Shown: positions 61,936 to 64,000 of the stretch, piece after piece
Layout: each line of letters begins with the position of its first letter
Position numbering within the stretch: the first letter of the stretch is position 1
DNA from: Hemiscyllium ocellatum
Taxonomy: Eukaryota
Reading direction: 5' to 3'
Assembly: GCF_020745735.1 (NCBI RefSeq)
Contig: NW_026867501.1
Coordinates: 310,001 to 374,000 of the forward strand
DNA length: 64,000 nt
The notes under the pieces: generated by a model
Databases searched by the model: none
Seen by the model: the letters and a program-made list of their open reading frames with translations, nothing else
Told to the model about the DNA's origin: nothing
Program-made: the position numbers and the translations under genes

Positions 61936-63244
61936 ATGCATGAGCCAGCCATTGCGCCATTCCTCATTTTCTATTCAATTGTTGCAGCTATCGCTGGCCC
62001 TGGTGTTACTGATGTTCGAGAGAATCGATTAATTCATCATGTTTTTCCAGAAATTTATTCTTTTCCCTTCCAGAATTCGGTAGCATTTTCTCAACATGCA
62101 ACTCCTTGATTTTAAGGCACATCCACAGGTCTCCAATCCGTATAATACATCATGCAATAATATCTGTGCTACGGCAAATCATTATGAATTGCTTCCGATT
62201 TCAGTATAATAAAGAGAACTGCGTTATTCAATTTTGAATGCTGTAAACTTTTCTGAAATCATTTACAATTATTAGATATCTCGTGCAAAATTAGAAACTT
62301 AGTGCAGTATCAATCATCTAGCAATACACGTGATGAAGTAACAGCAGTCCGAAATCTTCTTATTTCAAACAAAACCGTTGGAAAATAACCTGGGCTACTG
62401 TCATATCTGACTTTCTCCACCCCAGTCTAACATTGCATCATCACATCATCTATCAATGAGATCAGTCCACGAAATGAAATCGCTCTCCAGTGACTGAGTC
62501 AATGTTAAGTAGCCACTTGTCTAATTCGGAATAACAAGAATAATGTAGTTGCCATGAACATATTCATATGAAGCACAGGCCATGTTTCATACCACATCGT
62601 GTTAAATCGCAGACAACTTTCAGGCAATTATAATCCTATTGCAAGAATGGTGCTGTCTCTCGAGGTGTATCACCTACTACCTGGTGGCAATTACAGTGAG
62701 TGATTTCCTCGTCTTGTCCACCATTCCTGTGTGCACTCTTAGCATCGTATTGGTCAATGCCACTCTGGATTGCTCGGTCTGGCTGACAGTGGCCTTTACC
62801 ATCGATCGCTTCGCAGCCATCTGCTACCAGAAACAGAAGACCAGCTACAACAAAGAGCAGGCTGCATCACTGGTCAGAGAAATGGTCTGTGTTCTGAGTT
62901 GCCTCAAGATCATGCCTTTGTGCTTTAAATTTGTTCATTTTTTGATGGGGTACCCTAACTTTACGTATGCGTGGCTGAAAGCTAAGAGTGACTTTGATGG
63001 ACTGGATTTCAGTAAACCGGAGTACATCTTTGATGAGAACACAAACATACAGTTCGCATTTGTTTATTCATTTCTTTCCTCACTGTTTTGCTCTTCATGT
63101 CATTTTCCCATCTCTTCACTCCTTTCTCACAGCATTCCTTCCACGTTTCCGTCAGCACTGTCTCCCTGTTTGCCGTTATTTCTTTTCCGAGGGCTGTCTT
63201 ATCTGCTCATTCTAGTCTCCAGTTCACGATGTTGTGCAGAGTAA
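61936..63244 (+). pseudogene. Internally deleted GPR139-like GPCR (G7) whose spliced frame is still open (~232 aa): exon 1 61936-62002, exon 2 62613-63244
   Basis: Exon 1 MHEPAIAPFLIFYSIVAAIAGP ends at GTGTTA; acceptor cgcag. Exon 2 reads (D)NFQAIIILLQEWCCLSRCITYYLVAITVSDFLV/LSTIPVC...TIDRFAAIC...DGLDFSKPEYIF, then a non-homologous tail. Confidence 0.85.
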
Positions 63245-63569
63245 CGTGATCTTCAAGAAGACCCATAACCCAATCCCTGTGTTTGAACTGTGTCCACAGT
63301 AAAGATGCATTCTGTTTATTGTTGAGTCTGCATGTTTTACATTTACTCTCCTGTTGAATTCCTCGGAGTCTTGAACATTGTAACGATATCATTAGATTCT
63401 GCCCCAGTTTCTACATCAGAACTTCGTTTTCCTGCATAAACAGGAATATATGCTAACCACAAAACCAAATTTCCAGAAAAACTCAACAGGTCTCTCAACG
63501 TTTTGGAGAAAAAGCTGAGTTGATATTTCCAGCCCAGTGACTGGTCCTCAGAACGTCTCATTAAAATTT

Positions 63570-64000
63570 CTGCTATTTCAGTCTGTGTGGTCTCGCCAAA
63601 ATACCATGTCTGAGGGCAACCTATCCTGCATCTTACGCGATAGACGATGTTGGGCGAGTCACATGACTAAGTGCCGTCCACCTGGCGGGTGGCGGCCCCA
63701 CTTTTAGTTGTAATATCTATGTCAACACTCTGACACGCTTTGCAGTGGTGTTGAATTCAATGTCGTCCGGAAGGCTAGGCATTTGTCTGCAAGCTGTGGT
63801 TTGGTTATGCAAACCTATCACGACAACCACTGCAAGACGTGTCAGAATGTCGAAATAAATATTATCATTACAAGTGCGGACACTACCCACCTGGTGCGTG
63901 GCAGATATTGATGAGACTCAGCCAACATTCTTTATCTGAAATGTTGCAGAAAGGAGGCATATATTGGTGAGAGCAAGCGCACGTTGCAACAAGAGATGAA
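63570..64000. mobile_element. Second copy of the inverted Penelope dyad (runs off the window end)
   Basis: Junction ggtgttgaattcaatgtcgtccggaaggctaggcattt...gacaaccactgcaagacgtgtcagaatgtc matches 17530-17635; YIGESKRTL lies at the window end. Confidence 0.8.

Noticed and set aside
1-64000. D, J or C segments, true tRNA/rRNA genes, CRISPR arrays
   Set aside because: No 12-RSS with FGxG coding sequence was seen. tRNA-like boxes belong to SINEs, and the sequence is eukaryotic with no repeat-spacer array.

Overview
Vertebrate genomic DNA, almost certainly from a cartilaginous fish (HE1-type SINEs, shark-type CR1 LINEs, shark-like TCR V segments). It is part of a T-cell receptor alpha/delta-type V array. 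There are three V segments: one apparently intact at 11.6-12.0 kb (-) with a clean 23-RSS, and pseudogenes at 0.8-1.2 kb (+) and 23.7-24.1 kb (-). They are interleaved with six copies of a two-exon GPR139/GPR142-like class A GPCR, all on the + strand. One copy is intact (321 aa, 20093-21539), one has a single nonsense codon, one has in-frame deletions but stays open, and three are decayed. Flank homology suggests a tandemly duplicated GPCR-V-GPCR cassette. The most striking structure is a 7.69 kb palindrome (24679-32371) of two head-to-head copies of a young CR1 LINE with a 12-nt spacer, limited exactly to the LINE. Its ORF1/ORF2 junction carries a correctly phased T_TTA_AAC -1 frameshift heptamer. 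The window also holds a Gmr1-like LTR remnant (IN before RT), Penelope elements including a twice-occurring inverted dyad, nested LINE/SINE insertions and a decayed C2H2 zinc-finger array. No D, J or C segments, RNA genes or CRISPR arrays were recognised. All comparisons were made by eye.
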